DNA from: Octopus sinensis
Lineage: Eukaryota
Direction of reading: 5' to 3'
Assembly: GCF_006345805.1 (NCBI RefSeq)
Contig: NC_043023.1
Span: 9,300,001 to 9,364,000 of the forward strand
Length of the DNA stretch: 64,000 nucleotides
This document shows, piece after piece, positions 11,951 through 26,260 of this stretch (within the stretch, counting starts at the first letter, position 1; every line of letters begins with the position of its first letter). Made by a program: the position numbers and the translations under genes. A model generated the notes under the pieces. That model ran no database searches and was not told the origin of the DNA. It saw only the letters and a list, made by a program, of their open reading frames with translations.

Positions 11951-14338
11951 AGAAGCTTCTGTCACTCTCGTAAAATAAGAGTAACCATAAGGTTAGATGA
12001 CAAACAAAAGAAAAGCTAAGACTCTCTATTAGTATGAAAGTTGGAAGACATACACACCTTTCTTTTTCAGTATCTTTCTAAACATTTCTTGCCACTTGTC
12101 ACAGTGAGGTGTTGTGGTGCTACCCAAATCAGGTTTTTCATCACATACCTGTAAAGACAAGAAATTCTCCACCGCACTCCAATTCCGTGATGTATTGCCC
12201 TCGTACCGAAAGCCTCGCTAACGCAACATCTAATCACAGACAACCAAGATTTCTTTGAGGCTACTTATGAAGTGCTTCAAATTGTATTTTCCACTCAGGA
12301 CTACGTTGCTAAGACATTTTCACAGGACATCACTTCCTTCTCTTCAATGAGGATATTGAAATGTCATGTACAGAGAACTGCGAAATGATCCATGGCGGAT
12401 GCTCTATTTTTAACTCCAGGTCTTAAAATTACCGGGAGACATCACATGTCCACTGTAGATAGTCGCCTTTCAGAATCATTGTTGCTTTCACAATTAGATT
12501 ATGTGTCACTCCGGTTAAATTTAAATACCTTCCCCAGGTTTTTCACTGTCTTCTAGATGATGGATAGTAAGTGACCGCAACAGACTGAGGTATACCTGCT
12601 TCTGAGGCCAACTTTGTTGTCTGACGAAGCTGAATCTCATGTGACTCCCAGTCATAAACTACTCAAGTAATTTTAGAATCGTCCATGCCATTATGGCAGA
12701 TGTAAAGAAAGTTAGGTCAAGACGACGACTACAAGTACTCCATCATCCTCGGTATGACTCAGCTCACAGGTGCAGTTTAGTATTCCCCCACTTTTCACTA
12801 CATTTACTTGGGTGGTGTGGATTTCTCTCTCACTCCACCCTCACCGTCATTTTAAATGGAATATTAAGGCTTCGATGAGAGTTTGATCGTATTATCTCTC
12901 TCTCTTCAACCGTTCTGTATTCTCCACCACACTACCTCTCTGCTTATAGCCTGTTCGCCAGGTCTTCTTAGTTCCAGTTGAATTGAATGGTTCCAACAAG
13001 CAAAATTTGTTGTAGGTTACTGCGATCCAGCCTCTGGAAACAGGACCGAATCCGGCTTCCTTCAGTGCAGGCGCCAACAGTTGGCATTTGACTAACACAA
13101 AATTAGGATTTCATTGGAAACGCATTTGTTACTCATTCTGTCTGTGATGTTCTGTGCAAGCGGGAACCTGTTGTGCTTAGATTCCTTTGATATGGAATCT
13201 TCGGCATTTAGCCTAATTACGGGTCTCAAATTATTATCAAATACATTTATTTCGAGTTCTTTCTCAACATTGCCGTGACCCCCACCTTTTATCAGGGCTA
13301 AGAATCATCTCGTTCTTCTTCCCTTTGTTGTATACACCTGCCATTGCACTCACTGCTATTGATGCCAAATAATTTTAAACTGCGTAAGGCTGATCCTCAA
13401 GCCATGGCGACATCTAACCCGGCATCTCGAATACCGCAACAATTTTCCACCATTTGTAGAACGGCGTAGTTTCATTCGAGTGTTGCCGCAAGCCGTCTAC
13501 GTAGACGGTTAAGAGCTTCATAGTCAATGGAACAGTAACCTCCACAAACTGATGCACGTAATGTTTCCTAAAGGCCGCAAATATCTGCTTAGAATCGAAG
13601 AGAACGCATCTCACCTGATTCATCAACACTAAATTGTTTTCCGTTGCCACGTTGCACCTACGCTCATTCGACCAATGTCGGACATTGTCATTAAAGCATG
13701 CAAAACTGAAAACAGTCCTCGTGTTTACCGTTGGAGAAGCGGACTAGAGTCAAACCCGTCGGTGGCAGCGCCACTTGCAGTGTATTTGGTAGCCCCTTTA
13801 TTCCCTCTAGAGTGTGTTTCTGTGTAGAAATATATATAAATTTATATGTATATAATTCATATTTGTGTGTGTGTGTATCTGTGTTCCTGAGCTTAAATCT
13901 TTTCCCCCACCTTATCATTTACTTATATATAAATTCACATATATTTCATATATAGTTCATATGGCAAAGTTATTACCTTCCTAATTCTAATTGATTCTTT
14001 ATAGCTCTTTTAACGGTTAAACAAACAGAAATTGGAATTTATGCTGCAACATTCAAAATTTTAATCAAGTTCAATTTAAATTTACATGGGACGTAGATTT
14101 CATGAATATCAATGTTAATATTAAAACTAACGAAATCATAATACTCTATCATTAGTTTTAAAAGAAGTGCATTTAAAGAACGGTTTAAATGCAACAAAAT
14201 TTATAGTTGGAATTCCGTGTTATAAAGAGATTTGCATTTCAACGGAGGAGAAAATATCTAAATTTATTTATAAATAAATAAAGAGGTAGCGATAAAATGA
14301 CTTAAGGTCAGCAAGAAAAACGGACACACAAGCATGAA

Positions 14339-14381
<43 letters not shown>

Positions 14382-14384
14382 TAT

Positions 14385-14967
14385 ACAACTTATTAACAAG
14401 GGCAAAAGAAAGAGAATTCAATGCCAAATATGCTGAAATAGACATAATCGTCAATAACTGTATAATCTATCACTATAAGCTCGCGTCTCGAAAGCAAGCT
14501 GATAGAAATTTCTAAAAAAATTTCGTTCTTATCGGATCGATCCCCATTTCTGAGTTAATTCATTTAGAATTTTCTCGTCATCAGCGATAAATACGATAAG
14601 AAAATAAATGAGATACTTAGTTGTACCTATGGAAGAAGTAAACACTAAGTCATGAGCACATTTAAGTACCCCTAATATATCCAAAATATAAATTCCGCAG
14701 CAAAGCTCGAGACACGTGTGAACGGACTGAAAATTCTCTTAGAGAATTCTCTTACCGTATTTATCGCTGATGACGCGAAAATTCTAAACGAATTAACTCA
14801 GAAATGGGGATCGATCCGATAATAACGAAATTTGTTGTCGAAAATTCTATTGGCTTGCTTTCTAGACGAGAGCGTATAGTGATAAATTATATGGTTATTG
14901 ACGATTGAGTCTATTTCGGCATATTTGGTATTGGATTATTTTTCTTTTGTACCTGTTTATAAGTTGT
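14385..14967. mobile_element. Foldback/MITE-like element, ~220-bp imperfect TIRs (about 14385-14606 and 14745-14967)
   Basis: Arms mirror from acaacttattaacaagggcaaaagaaa to its complement tttcttttgtacctgtttataagttgt. Confidence 0.8.
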
Positions 14968-17036
14968 TTGTAAATTTAACCTTTAAAGGCATTTTTTTAT
15001 GTGCTGGCCATTGATAACATTCTTTCGAATATTCTATCCTATATTAGATGTAAATTTAATACTATTCACTTCCGGACTCTCTCACTCTATGAGAACTTTC
15101 AGTCCGATCACACCTGTCTCGAGGTATGCTGTGGAAGTGAGTGTTTCATCCTCCGATATATTGACTGATTGCACTATTGTGGTCATTAAGGTTTTACTTA
15201 CATATCATACTACGGAAGACGGTAGAGATTATAATTTTTGTATGATTTAAAAGATTTCACGCTGTTTAGTTACGTATTTAGGAGTTGTAATTTACTTATT
15301 GAATTATTTATTGATACGGTTATACATAGGGTAAATGTGGTTGAAATTTGTGGTTTCTTTGATTTCTTTGTTCCCAAACAACACTTATTTTAGTGATGTT
15401 GACACCGCCGGATTGAAGGGTAGTGACCAGGTGTCGAAACCATGATGGTAACCGTGGGGTAGCTGATGATGCAGGTATGTTGGATTGTTGCTATGGTTGT
15501 GGAATAGTATTATAACACAGATCCTTTTAATATAGAGATGTGTGTGTTTGTGTGTGTGTGTGTGTGTCTGTGTGTGTTTGTGTGTCGGTAGATTAAATTT
15601 TCGGAAAAATAAAAGTCGAAAACAGGTGTTAGATTCAATGCTCGGGTAATTGAGAACTACTTTTACTTTCGGGCCTATGCTCCTCAACAGAAAGAGAAAG
15701 GAGAACATGAACAAAAAGTGATTACAAATCTTGTCGATTTAGGGATCAAGCATGGCAACTGGTTAGGAAAAACATAGCTTGACGGGAGAGATAGAGAGTC
15801 CGGGAGATAATAAACAACTGGAGATCCCAAAACAATGGTGTGCGTTCGGAAGTGTATGTAAGAATGTGTAAGTATGTGTGTGTGTCTTGAGAGGGGCTAA
15901 TGACTATGGTGTGTGTGGATGTATGCGTGCGTAGCTGTGTGCGTCTGTAGTGTGTGGGTGTGCGGACGATTGTGTATGGGTGTGTAGATGATGTTTTGTG
16001 GTCTGGGTGTTGGAAAGTGGTTAGTGCTAGTACAAGCACAGACACACGAATATAGACAGATTTATGTATATATTTGTGTTCCCGCAAGATCACCTAATAA
16101 CCAATGTTGGTGTTACACACCCTGTAACCTAGTGGTTCGGCAAAAGACACCAAGAGAACAAGTGCTAGTCTTTCAACAAATAAATGCTGGGCTCGATTGG
16201 TTCGCATAAATGCTCTAGCATGGCCATTGTCAAATTACTGAAAAAAGTACATGTATAAACGCGTTACATACACACACACATATATATGTATATACACACA
16301 CACACAAATATATACATATATTTATTGGTATATGTGTGTATGTGTTTACGTATCTGTCTGGCGATTGATAGATATATTGATAAAGTGATAGATAGATAGA
16401 TAGATTGATGGATGGATGGATGGATATATAGATAGATGGATAGATAGATATGTGGATAGATATATACATGTTACCAGTTCTAGTTTAGTCTTCTTTGCCC
16501 TTTTTATCTCATTTATCAATAACTGCTCGTCGTTAATTTTATTCCTATTCTCATCCTTCTCTTTTGTTATAGTTTCAACTTTGTATATCAGCGTCATCCT
16601 CCTCATCATCATCATTCCAAATATTAAGAGCACCATCAGTAAATATTGTCATCATAATGATCGTCTGCGTCCTCGTGTTGGTCGTCACCATCATCGTTAT
16701 CATAATCATCGTCAACATCACCATCATCATCATCCATATCATAATCTGGAACCACACATGCAATTCCAGCAGACCGAAACAACCTCATCACTACCAAATC
16801 CGTCACCATCAATGCTCACATCATAATAATTATCGCTTTCATCATCACTTAACACAATGCCATACATCTTCATCATTATCTTCATAATCTTCACCTATGA
16901 TTTTCATAATCGTCTTCACCAAATTGTCTCACTTCTACTTATTTTTCTTCTATTTCTGCAGCTAATTCATTGGACATAATATGTACAATATATGACTAAT
17001 CACTTCTATGTTTTTTCTTCATGAATTATCTTTCAG

Positions 17037-17108
17037 AGATCTATCCCGTAATGCAATCGTGAAAATTGAAAATGGATCGTTTGCAAATCTTACGAGCTTA
17101 ACTGGATT
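17037..17108 (+). CDS. LRR exon E3: DLSRNAIVKIENGSFANLTSLTG(L)
   Basis: tctttcag|AGATCTATCCCGT...AACTGGATT|gtaagt; 72 nt. Confidence 0.92.
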
Positions 17109-17425
17109 GTAAGTTGAACCAGTCTCGTTCATACTATATTCCTGAGTATATATTTCCTCAAATTTAATATCTTCCCATCTTTCTTTCTTAACCTTCTTTT
17201 ACCCTTCTCTAACTCACATTATATATATCTCTCTCTATATATGTATGTGAGTGTGTGAGTTGAGCGTGTTTGTGTGTGACGATGTGTGTTTACATAAGGC
17301 TTTATGTTCAACATCACTGTTTGGTATATTGTGAAAAGTGCGTATGTAGTCATACGTATATTTATGCCTGAAATGTGTGGATAAATATATAGTCCTCCAA
17401 TGTTTCGTCTTGGGCAGGAGATTCT

Positions 17426-18900
17426 AAACAATTCTGTGACGATATCACGTTGTAATTTTACCTCGATAAATGAGCAAAAGCTACATTCATCAAAAGAAAA
17501 ACGACAGAAACATCCCGCAGAATGTCATAAAGGAATTAGATCCAGCGGAGAGATACATGTACTTATCGGTATTTGAAGTGGACATGATCAAATATTCAGT
17601 GATGAGGGAAACGATCAGAATAGAATATTATCGCTGGGTAAAAGCATTATTGAACACAGAGCTGAATGCAAGAAACAGGATCGAAGTGATCAGTACTTTT
17701 GCTATACCAGGCGTGACTTACAGTTTCAATATCATTAACTGGTCAATTATTGAAATATGTAATCTTGACAGAAAAATTCGTAAATTGTTGACGATGCATA
17801 GAATGCACCACCCTAAAGCAGATGTAGAACGATTTTACCTGCCAAGAAATGAGGGTGGCCGTAACAATTACAACTGGAATTAACAATGGAGAGTGCCACA
17901 ATTAAGCGAAACACCTACCTAAACAACTCTCATGACTGGATGTTAAAACTTGTCTCAAAGCACGAAAACAAGAAAGTGTCATACAAAGTAACAAAAGATG
18001 CAAGGGAATATCTAAGTGAATTCCAAATACAACAAATCCCAGAGTTAGACGTACTAAAAACAAGCACAGAAAAAGCTAAGCGAATGAAAGTACATGCAAA
18101 GAATCTGACCTAGATATTCTTACAGATAAATGACAAAGAAAACATCTCAATGGCAAATACCCAAAGAGAGCTAATAGTACTGATGTGGATAAACCATTAC
18201 CCATCAATGGTTAGTGTTTTCTAGCTTAAACTCAGACCTAGACAGATTTAATATAGCAGCTAAAGATCAAGGCCTACCTACAAGAAACTACCATATTAAA
18301 GAACGGCAATATGTCTTGTACGTAAACAACAAAATGAAACCATTGATCATGTTGTCTCCATGTGCAGTCTTCTTGTGCATACAGAATATCTCAACAGGCA
18401 TGATTGAGCAGCACATCATATTCACTGGTTAATTTGCAAAAACAGAGACGTGCCACATGATACAATCGGTTAGGAACACGAACACCCTCCAGTTCTTGAA
18501 GATGATCGCATCTTATCCTCAAGAACTTTGCCATTCAAAGTGACAGAAAGATAGATGCGAAAAGAACAGGCATTATATAGAAAAACCACAGGAAAAAACC
18601 ATACATGCTCATTTAAAACTGTCCCAATCGACATAAAAAGTATCTGTTAAAACCTCCAAAACTGAGCAAGTGTAAAGATGTTGAAATAGAAATTAGCAAA
18701 ATGTGGAAGTAAAACAATGCCTGTTGTCATAGTTGCCAGAGGAATTATAGCAAAAGGCCTGAATCATACCTATCTCAGATACTAGGAAACCCCAAAATGG
18801 CAGCAACTCAAAAGATAGCGCTAATGGGAACCGCCCATATCCTACGTAAAATACTGTGTATTCAATTTTAAGTTTTGAAACAAACTCATATTCTTTGAAC
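17426..18900 (+). mobile_element. Decayed R4/Dong-like retrotransposon copy
   Basis: Paralogous copy; ORF-track fragments 17470-17883 and 17886-18113. Confidence 0.85.
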
Positions 18901-21663
18901 ATCATTATGGTCATCTCCTTCATGAAATCCCCAAACACCGCATTTTTTTCCTTATCTTCCTGCATTTAATTCCGTCGATATATTAAAACTGTTATGGCTA
19001 GTCTCTTCTATTATTGAATGTGCTGATATGATTTCTCGCGTCACACCGCATTCTTATGAGCCGCCACCACAAAAACCTATTTCCATTTGAAGAAAAGACT
19101 GATGCAATGAATACCTTATATATAGGTCCTCTAGACTGCAGCTTTGATACCATAAAATGATCCACGAATGAGATGTATATCATCGAATCAAAACAAAGCA
19201 ATTCTGTCACAATACATTACATGCATCTCCCAGAGGCAGATATAAATAAACTATACGTCCCACGTGAGGATGTAAGGGTGCGCAAAAGCTTCTGCCACTC
19301 TCGTAAAATAAGAGTAACCATAAGGTTAGATGACAAACAAAAGAAAAGCATAGACTGTCTATTAGTATGAAAGTAGTAAGACATACACACCTTTATTTTT
19401 CAGTAATTTCCTAAACCTTTCTTGCCACTTGTCACAGTGAGGTGTTGTGGTGCTACCCAAATCAGGTTTTTCATCACATAACTGTGAAGCCAAGAAATTC
19501 TCCACCGCACTCTAATTCCATGATGTATTGCCCTCGTACCGAAAGCCTCGCTAACGCAACATCTAATCACAGAGAACCAAGCTTTCTTTGAGGCTGCTTA
19601 TGAAGTGCTTCAAATTGCATTTTCCACTCAGGACTACGCTGCTCAGCCTTTTTCACAGGAAATCGCTTCCTTCACTTCAATGAGGATTTTGAAATGTCAT
19701 GTACGGATGATCCATGGCGGATGCTCTATTTTTAACTCCAGGTCTTAAAATCACCGGGAGACATCACGTGTCCACTGTAGATAGTCGCCTTTCTGAATCC
19801 TTGTTGCTTTCACAATTAGATTATGTGTCACTCCGGTTAAATTTAAACAACCTTCCCCTGGTTTTTCACTGTCTTCTAGATGATGGATAGTAAGTGACCG
19901 CTACTGACTGAGGAATACCTGCTTCTGAGGCCAATATTATTGACTGACGAAGCTGAAACTCATGTGACTCCCAGTCATAAACTACTCAAGTAATTTTAGG
20001 ATCGTCCATGCCATTATGGCAGATGTTGTAAAGAAAGTTAGGTCAAGACTACGACTACAAGTACTCCATCTTCCTCAGTATGACTCAGCTTACAGATGCA
20101 ATTTAGTATTCCCCCACTTTTCACTACATTTACTTGGGTGGTGTGGATTTCTCTCTCACTCCACCCTCACTGTCATATTAAATGGAATTTTAAGGCTTGG
20201 ATGAGAGTTTGATCGTATTATCACTCTCTCTTCAACCGTTCTGTATTCTCCACCACACAACCTCTCTGCTTATATCCTGTTCGCCAGGTCTTCTTAGTTC
20301 CAGTTGATTTGAATGGTTCCAACAAGCAAAATTTGTCGTAGGTTACTGCGATCCAAACTCTGGAAACAGGACCGAATCCGGCTTCCTTCAGTGCAGGCGC
20401 CAACAGTTGGCATTTGACTAACACAAAATTAGGATTTCATTGGAAACGCATTTGTTACTCATTCTGTCTGTGATGTACTGTTCAAGCAGGAAACTGTTGT
20501 GCTTAGATTATTTTGATATGGAATCTTCGGCATTTAGCCTAATTACGGGCTTCAAATTATTACCATATACATTTTTCTCGAGTTCTTTCTCAACATTGCC
20601 GTGACCCCCACCTTTTATCAGGGCTAAGAATCATCTCGTTCTTCTTCCCTTTGTTGTAGACTCCTGCCATTGCACTCACTGCTATTTATGCCAAATAATT
20701 TTAAACTGCGTAAGGCTGATCCTCAAGCCATGGCGACATCTAACCCGGCATCTCGAATACCGCAACAATTTTCCACCATTTGTAGAACGGCGTGGTTTAA
20801 TTCGAGTGTTGCCGCAAGCCGTCCACGTAGACGGTTAAGAGCTTCATAGTCAATGGACCACTAACCTCCACAAACTGATGCACGTAATGTTTCCTAAAGG
20901 CCGCAAATATCTGCTTAGAATCGAAGAGAACGCATTTCACCTGATTCATCAACACCAAATTGTTTTCCGTTGCCACGTTGCACCTACGCTCATTCGCCCA
21001 ATGTCGGACATTGTCATTAAAGCATGCAAAACTGAAAACAGTCCTCGTGTTTACCGTTGGAGAAGCGGACTAGAGTCAATCCCGTCGGTGGCAGCGCCAC
21101 TTGCAGTGTATTTGGTAGCCCCTTTATTCCCTCTAGAGTGTGTTTCTGTGTAGAAATATATATAAATTTATATGTATATAATTCATATTTGTGTGTGTGT
21201 GTATCTGTGTTCCTGAGCTTAAATCTTTTCCCCCACCTTATCATTTACTTATATATAAATTCACATATATTTCATATATAGTTCATATGGCAAAGTTATT
21301 ACCTTCCTAATTCTAATTGATTCTTTATAGCTCTTTTAACGGTTAAACAAACAGAAATTGGAATTTATGCTGCAACATTCAAAATTTTAATCAAGTTCAA
21401 TTTAAATTTACATGGGACGTAGATTTCATGAATATCAATGTTAATATTAAAACTAACGAAATCATAATACTCTATCATTAGTTTAAACCAAGTGCATTTA
21501 AAGAACGGTTTAAATGCAACAAAATTTATTGTTGGAATTCCGTGTTATAAAGAGATTTGCATTTCAACGGAGGAGAAAATATCTAAATTTATTTATAAAT
21601 AAATAAAGAGGTAGCGATAAAATGACTTAAGGTCAGCAAGAAAAACGGACACACAAGCATGAA

Positions 21664-21745
<82 letters not shown>

Positions 21746-21748
<3 letters not shown>

Positions 21749-22328
21749 ACTTATTAACAAGGGCAAAAGAAAGAGAATTCAATGCCAAATATGCTGAAAT
21801 AGACATAATCTTCAATAACTGTATAATTTATCACTATAAGCTCGCGTCTCGAAAGCAAGCTGATAGAAATTTCTAAAAAAATTTCGTTCTTATCGGATCG
21901 TTCCCCATTTCTGAGTTAATTCATGTAGAATTTTCTCGTCATCAGCGATAAATACGATAAGAAAATAAATGAGATACTTAGTTGTACCTATGGAAGAAGT
22001 AAACACTAAGTCATGAGCACACTTAAGTACCCCTAATATATCCAAAATATAAATTCCGCAGCATAGCTCGAGACACGTGTGAACGGACTGAAAATTCTCT
22101 TAGAGAATTCTCTTACCGTATTTATCGCTGATGACGCGAAAATTCTAAACGAATTAACTCAGAAATGGGGATCGATCCGATAATAACGAAATTTGTTGTC
22201 GAAAATTCTATTGGCTTGCTTTCTAGACGCGAGCGTATAGTGATAAATTATATGGTTATTGACGATTGAGTCTATTTCGGCATATTTGGTATTGGATTAT
22301 TTTTCTTTTGTCCCTGTTTATAAGTTGT
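21746..22328. mobile_element. Foldback/MITE-like element copy
   Basis: Paralog of 14385-14967. Confidence 0.8.
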
Positions 22329-24397
22329 TTGTAAATTTAACCTTTAAAGGCATTTTTTAACGTGCTGGCCATTGATAACATTCTTTCGAATATTCTATCC
22401 TATATTAGATGTAAATTTAATACTATTCCCTTCCGGACTCTCTCACTCTATGAGAACTTTCAGTCCGATCACACCTGTCTCGAGGTATGCTGTGGAAGTG
22501 AGTGTTTCATCCTCCTATATATTGAATGATTGCACTATTGTGGTCATTAAGGTTTTACTTACATATCATACTACGGAAGACGGTAGAGATTATAATTTTT
22601 GTATGATTTGAAAGATTTCACGCTGTTTAGTTACGTATTTAGGAGTTGTAATTTACTTACTGAATTATTTATTGATACGGTTTTACATAGGGTAAATGTG
22701 GTTGAAATTTGTGGTTTCTTTGATTTCTTTGTTCCCAAACAACACTTATTTTAGTGATGTTCACACCGCCGGATTGAAGGGTAGTGACCAGGTGTCGAAA
22801 CCATGATGGTAACTGTGGGGTAGCTGATGATGCAGGTATGTTGGATTGTTGCTATGGTTGTGGAATAGTATTATAACACAGATCCTTTTAATATAGAGAT
22901 GTGTGTGTTTGTGTGTGTGTGTGTGTGTCTGTGTGTATTTGTGTGTCGGTAGATTAAATTTTCGGAAAAATAAAAGTCGAAAACAGGTGTTAGATTCAAT
23001 GCTCGGGGAATTGAGAACTTCTTTTACTTTCGGGCCTATGCTCCTCAACAGAAAGAGAAAGGAGAACATGAACAAAAAGTGATTACAAATCTTGTCGATT
23101 TAGGGATCAAGCATGGCAACTGGTTAGGAAAAACATAGCTTGACGGGAGAGATAGAGAGTCGGGGAGATAATAAACAACTGGAGATCCCAAAACAATGGT
23201 GTGCGTTCGGAAGTGTATAAAAGAATGTGTAAGTATGTGTGTGTGTGTTGAGAGGGGCTAATGACTATGGTGTGTGTGGATGTATGCGTGCGTAGCTGTG
23301 TGCGTCTGTAGTGTGTGGGTGTGCGGACGATTGTGTATGGGTGTGTAGATGATGTTTTGTGGTCTGGGTGTTGGAAAGTGGTTAGTGCTAGTACAAGCAC
23401 AGACACACGAATATAGACAGATTTATGTATATATTTGTGTTCCCTCAAGATCACCTAATAACCAATGTTGGTGTTACACACCCTGTAACCTAGTGGTTCG
23501 GCAAAAGACACCAAGAGAACAAGTGCTAGTCTTTCAACAAATAAATGCTGGGCTCGATTGGTTCGCATAAATGCTCTAGCATGGCCATTGTCAAATTACT
23601 GAAAAAAGTACATGTATAAACGCGTTACATACACACACACATATATATGTATATACACACACACACAAATATATACATATATTTTTTGGTATATGTGTGT
23701 ATGTGTTTACGTATCTGTCTGGCGATTGATAGATATATTGATAAAGTGATAGATAGATAGATAGATTGATGGATGGATGGATGGATATATAGATAGATGG
23801 ATAGATAGATATGTGGATAGATATATACATGTTACCAGTTCTAGTTTAGTCTTCTTTGCCCTTTTTATCTCATTTATCAATAACTGCTCGTCGTTAATTT
23901 TATTCCTATTCTCATCCTTCTCTTTTGTTATAGTTTCAACTTTGTATATCAGCGTCATCCTCCTCATCATCATCATTCCAAATATTAAGAGCACCATCAG
24001 TAAATATTGTCATCATAATGATCGTCTGCGTCCTCGTGTTGGTCGTCACCATCATCGTTATCATAATCATCGTCAACATCACCATCATCATCATCCATAT
24101 CATAATCTGGAACCACACATGCAATTCCAGCAGACCGAAACAACCTCATCACTACCAAATCCGTCACCATCAATGCTCACATCATAATAATTATCGCTTT
24201 CATCATCACTTAACACAATGCCATACATCTTCATCATTATCTTCATAATCTTCACCTATGATTTTCATAATCGTCTTCACCAAATTGTCTCACTTCTACT
24301 TATTTTTCTTCTATTTCTGCAGCTAATTCATTGGACATAATATGTACAATATATGACTAATCACTTCTATGTTTTTTCTTCATGAATTATCTTTCAG

Positions 24398-24469
24398 AGA
24401 TCTATCCCGTAATGCAATCGTGAAAATTGAAAATGGATCGTTTGCAAATCTTACGAGCTTAACTGGATT
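24398..24469 (+). CDS. LRR exon E4: DLSRNAIVKIENGSFANLTSLTG(L), nucleotide-identical to E3
   Basis: ctttcag|AGATCTATCCCGT...AACTGGATT|gtaagt; 72 nt. Confidence 0.9.
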
Positions 24470-24786
24470 GTAAGTTGAACCAGTCTCGTTCATACTATAT
24501 TCCTGAGTATATATTTCCTCAAATTTAATATCTTCCCATCTTTCTTTCTTAACCTTCTTTTACCCTTCTCTAACTCACATTATATATATCTCTCTCTATA
24601 TATGTATGTGAGTGTGTGAGTTGAGCGTGTTTGTGTGTGACGATGTGTGTTTACATAAGGCTTTATGTTCAACATCACTGTTTGGTATATTGTGAAAAGT
24701 GCGTATGTAGTCATACGTATATTTATGCCTGAAATATGTGGATAAATATATAGTCCTCCAATGTTTCGTCTTGGGCAGGAGATATT

Positions 24787-26260
24787 AAACAATTCTGTGA
24801 CGATATCACGTTGTAATTTTACCTCGATAAATGAGCAAAAGCTACATTCATCAAAAGAAAAACGACAGAAACATCCCGCAGAATGTCATAAAGGAATTAG
24901 ATCCAGCGGAGAGATACATGTACTTATCGGTATTTGAAGTGGACATGATCAAATATTCAGTGATGAGGGAAACGATCAGAATAGAATATTATCGCTGGGT
25001 AAAAGCATTATTGAACACAGAGCTGAATGCAAGAAACAGGATCGAAGTGATCAGTACTTTTGCTATACCAGGCGTGACTTACAGTTTCAATATCATTAAC
25101 TGGTCAATTATTGAAATATGTAATCTTGACAGAAAAATTCGTAAATTGTTGACGATGCATAGAATGCACCACCCTAAAGCAGATGTAGAACGATTTTACC
25201 TGCCAAGAAATGAGGGTGGCCGTAACAATTACAACTGGAATTAACAATGGAGAGTGCCACAATTAAGCGAAACACCTACCTAAACAACTCTCATGACTGG
25301 ATGTTAAAACTTGTCTCAAAGCACGAAAACAAGAAAATGTCATACAAAGTAACAAAAGATGCAAAGGAATATCTACGTGAATTCCAAATACAACAAATCC
25401 CAGAGTTAGATGCACTAGAAACAAGCACAGAAAAAGCTAAGCGAATGAAAGTACATGCAAAGAATCTGACTTAGATATTCTTACAGATAAATGACAAAGA
25501 AAACAGCTCAATGGCAAATACCCAAAGAGAGCTAATAGTACTGATGTGGATAAACCATTACCCATCAATGGTTAGTGTTTTCTAGCTTAAACCCAGACCT
25601 AGACAGATTTAATATAGCAGCTAAATATCAAGGCCTACCTACAAGAAACTACCATCTTAAAGAACGGCAATATGTCCTGTATGTAAACAACGAAATGAAA
25701 CCATTGATCATGTTGTCTCCATGTGCAGTCTTCTTGTGCATACAGAATATCTCAACAGGCATGATTGAGCAGCACATCATATTCACTGGTTAATTTGCAA
25801 AAACATAGACGTGCCACATGTTACAATCTGTTAGGGACACGAACACACTCCAGTTCTTGAAGATGATCGCATCTTATCCTCTAGAACTTTGCCATTCAAA
25901 GTGACAGAAAGATAGATGCGAATAGAACAGGCATTATATAGAAAAACTACAGGAAAAAACCATGCCTCCTCATTTAAAACTGTCCCAATCGACATAAAAG
26001 TATCTATCAAAACCTCCAAAACTGAGCAAGTGTAAAGATCTTGAAATAGAAGTTAGCAAAATGTGGAAGTAAAACAATGCCTGTTGTCATAGTTGCCCGA
26101 GGAATTATAGCAAAAGGCCTGAATCCTACCTATCTCAGATACTAGGAAAGCCCAAAATGGCAGCAACTCAAAAGATAGCGCTAATGGGAACCGCCCATAT
26201 CCTACGTAAAATACTGTGTATTCAATTTTAAGTTTTAAAACAAACTCATATTCTTTGAAC
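24787..26260 (+). mobile_element. Decayed R4/Dong-like retrotransposon copy
   Basis: Paralogous copy; ORF-track fragments 24831-25244 and 25247-25474. Confidence 0.85.
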
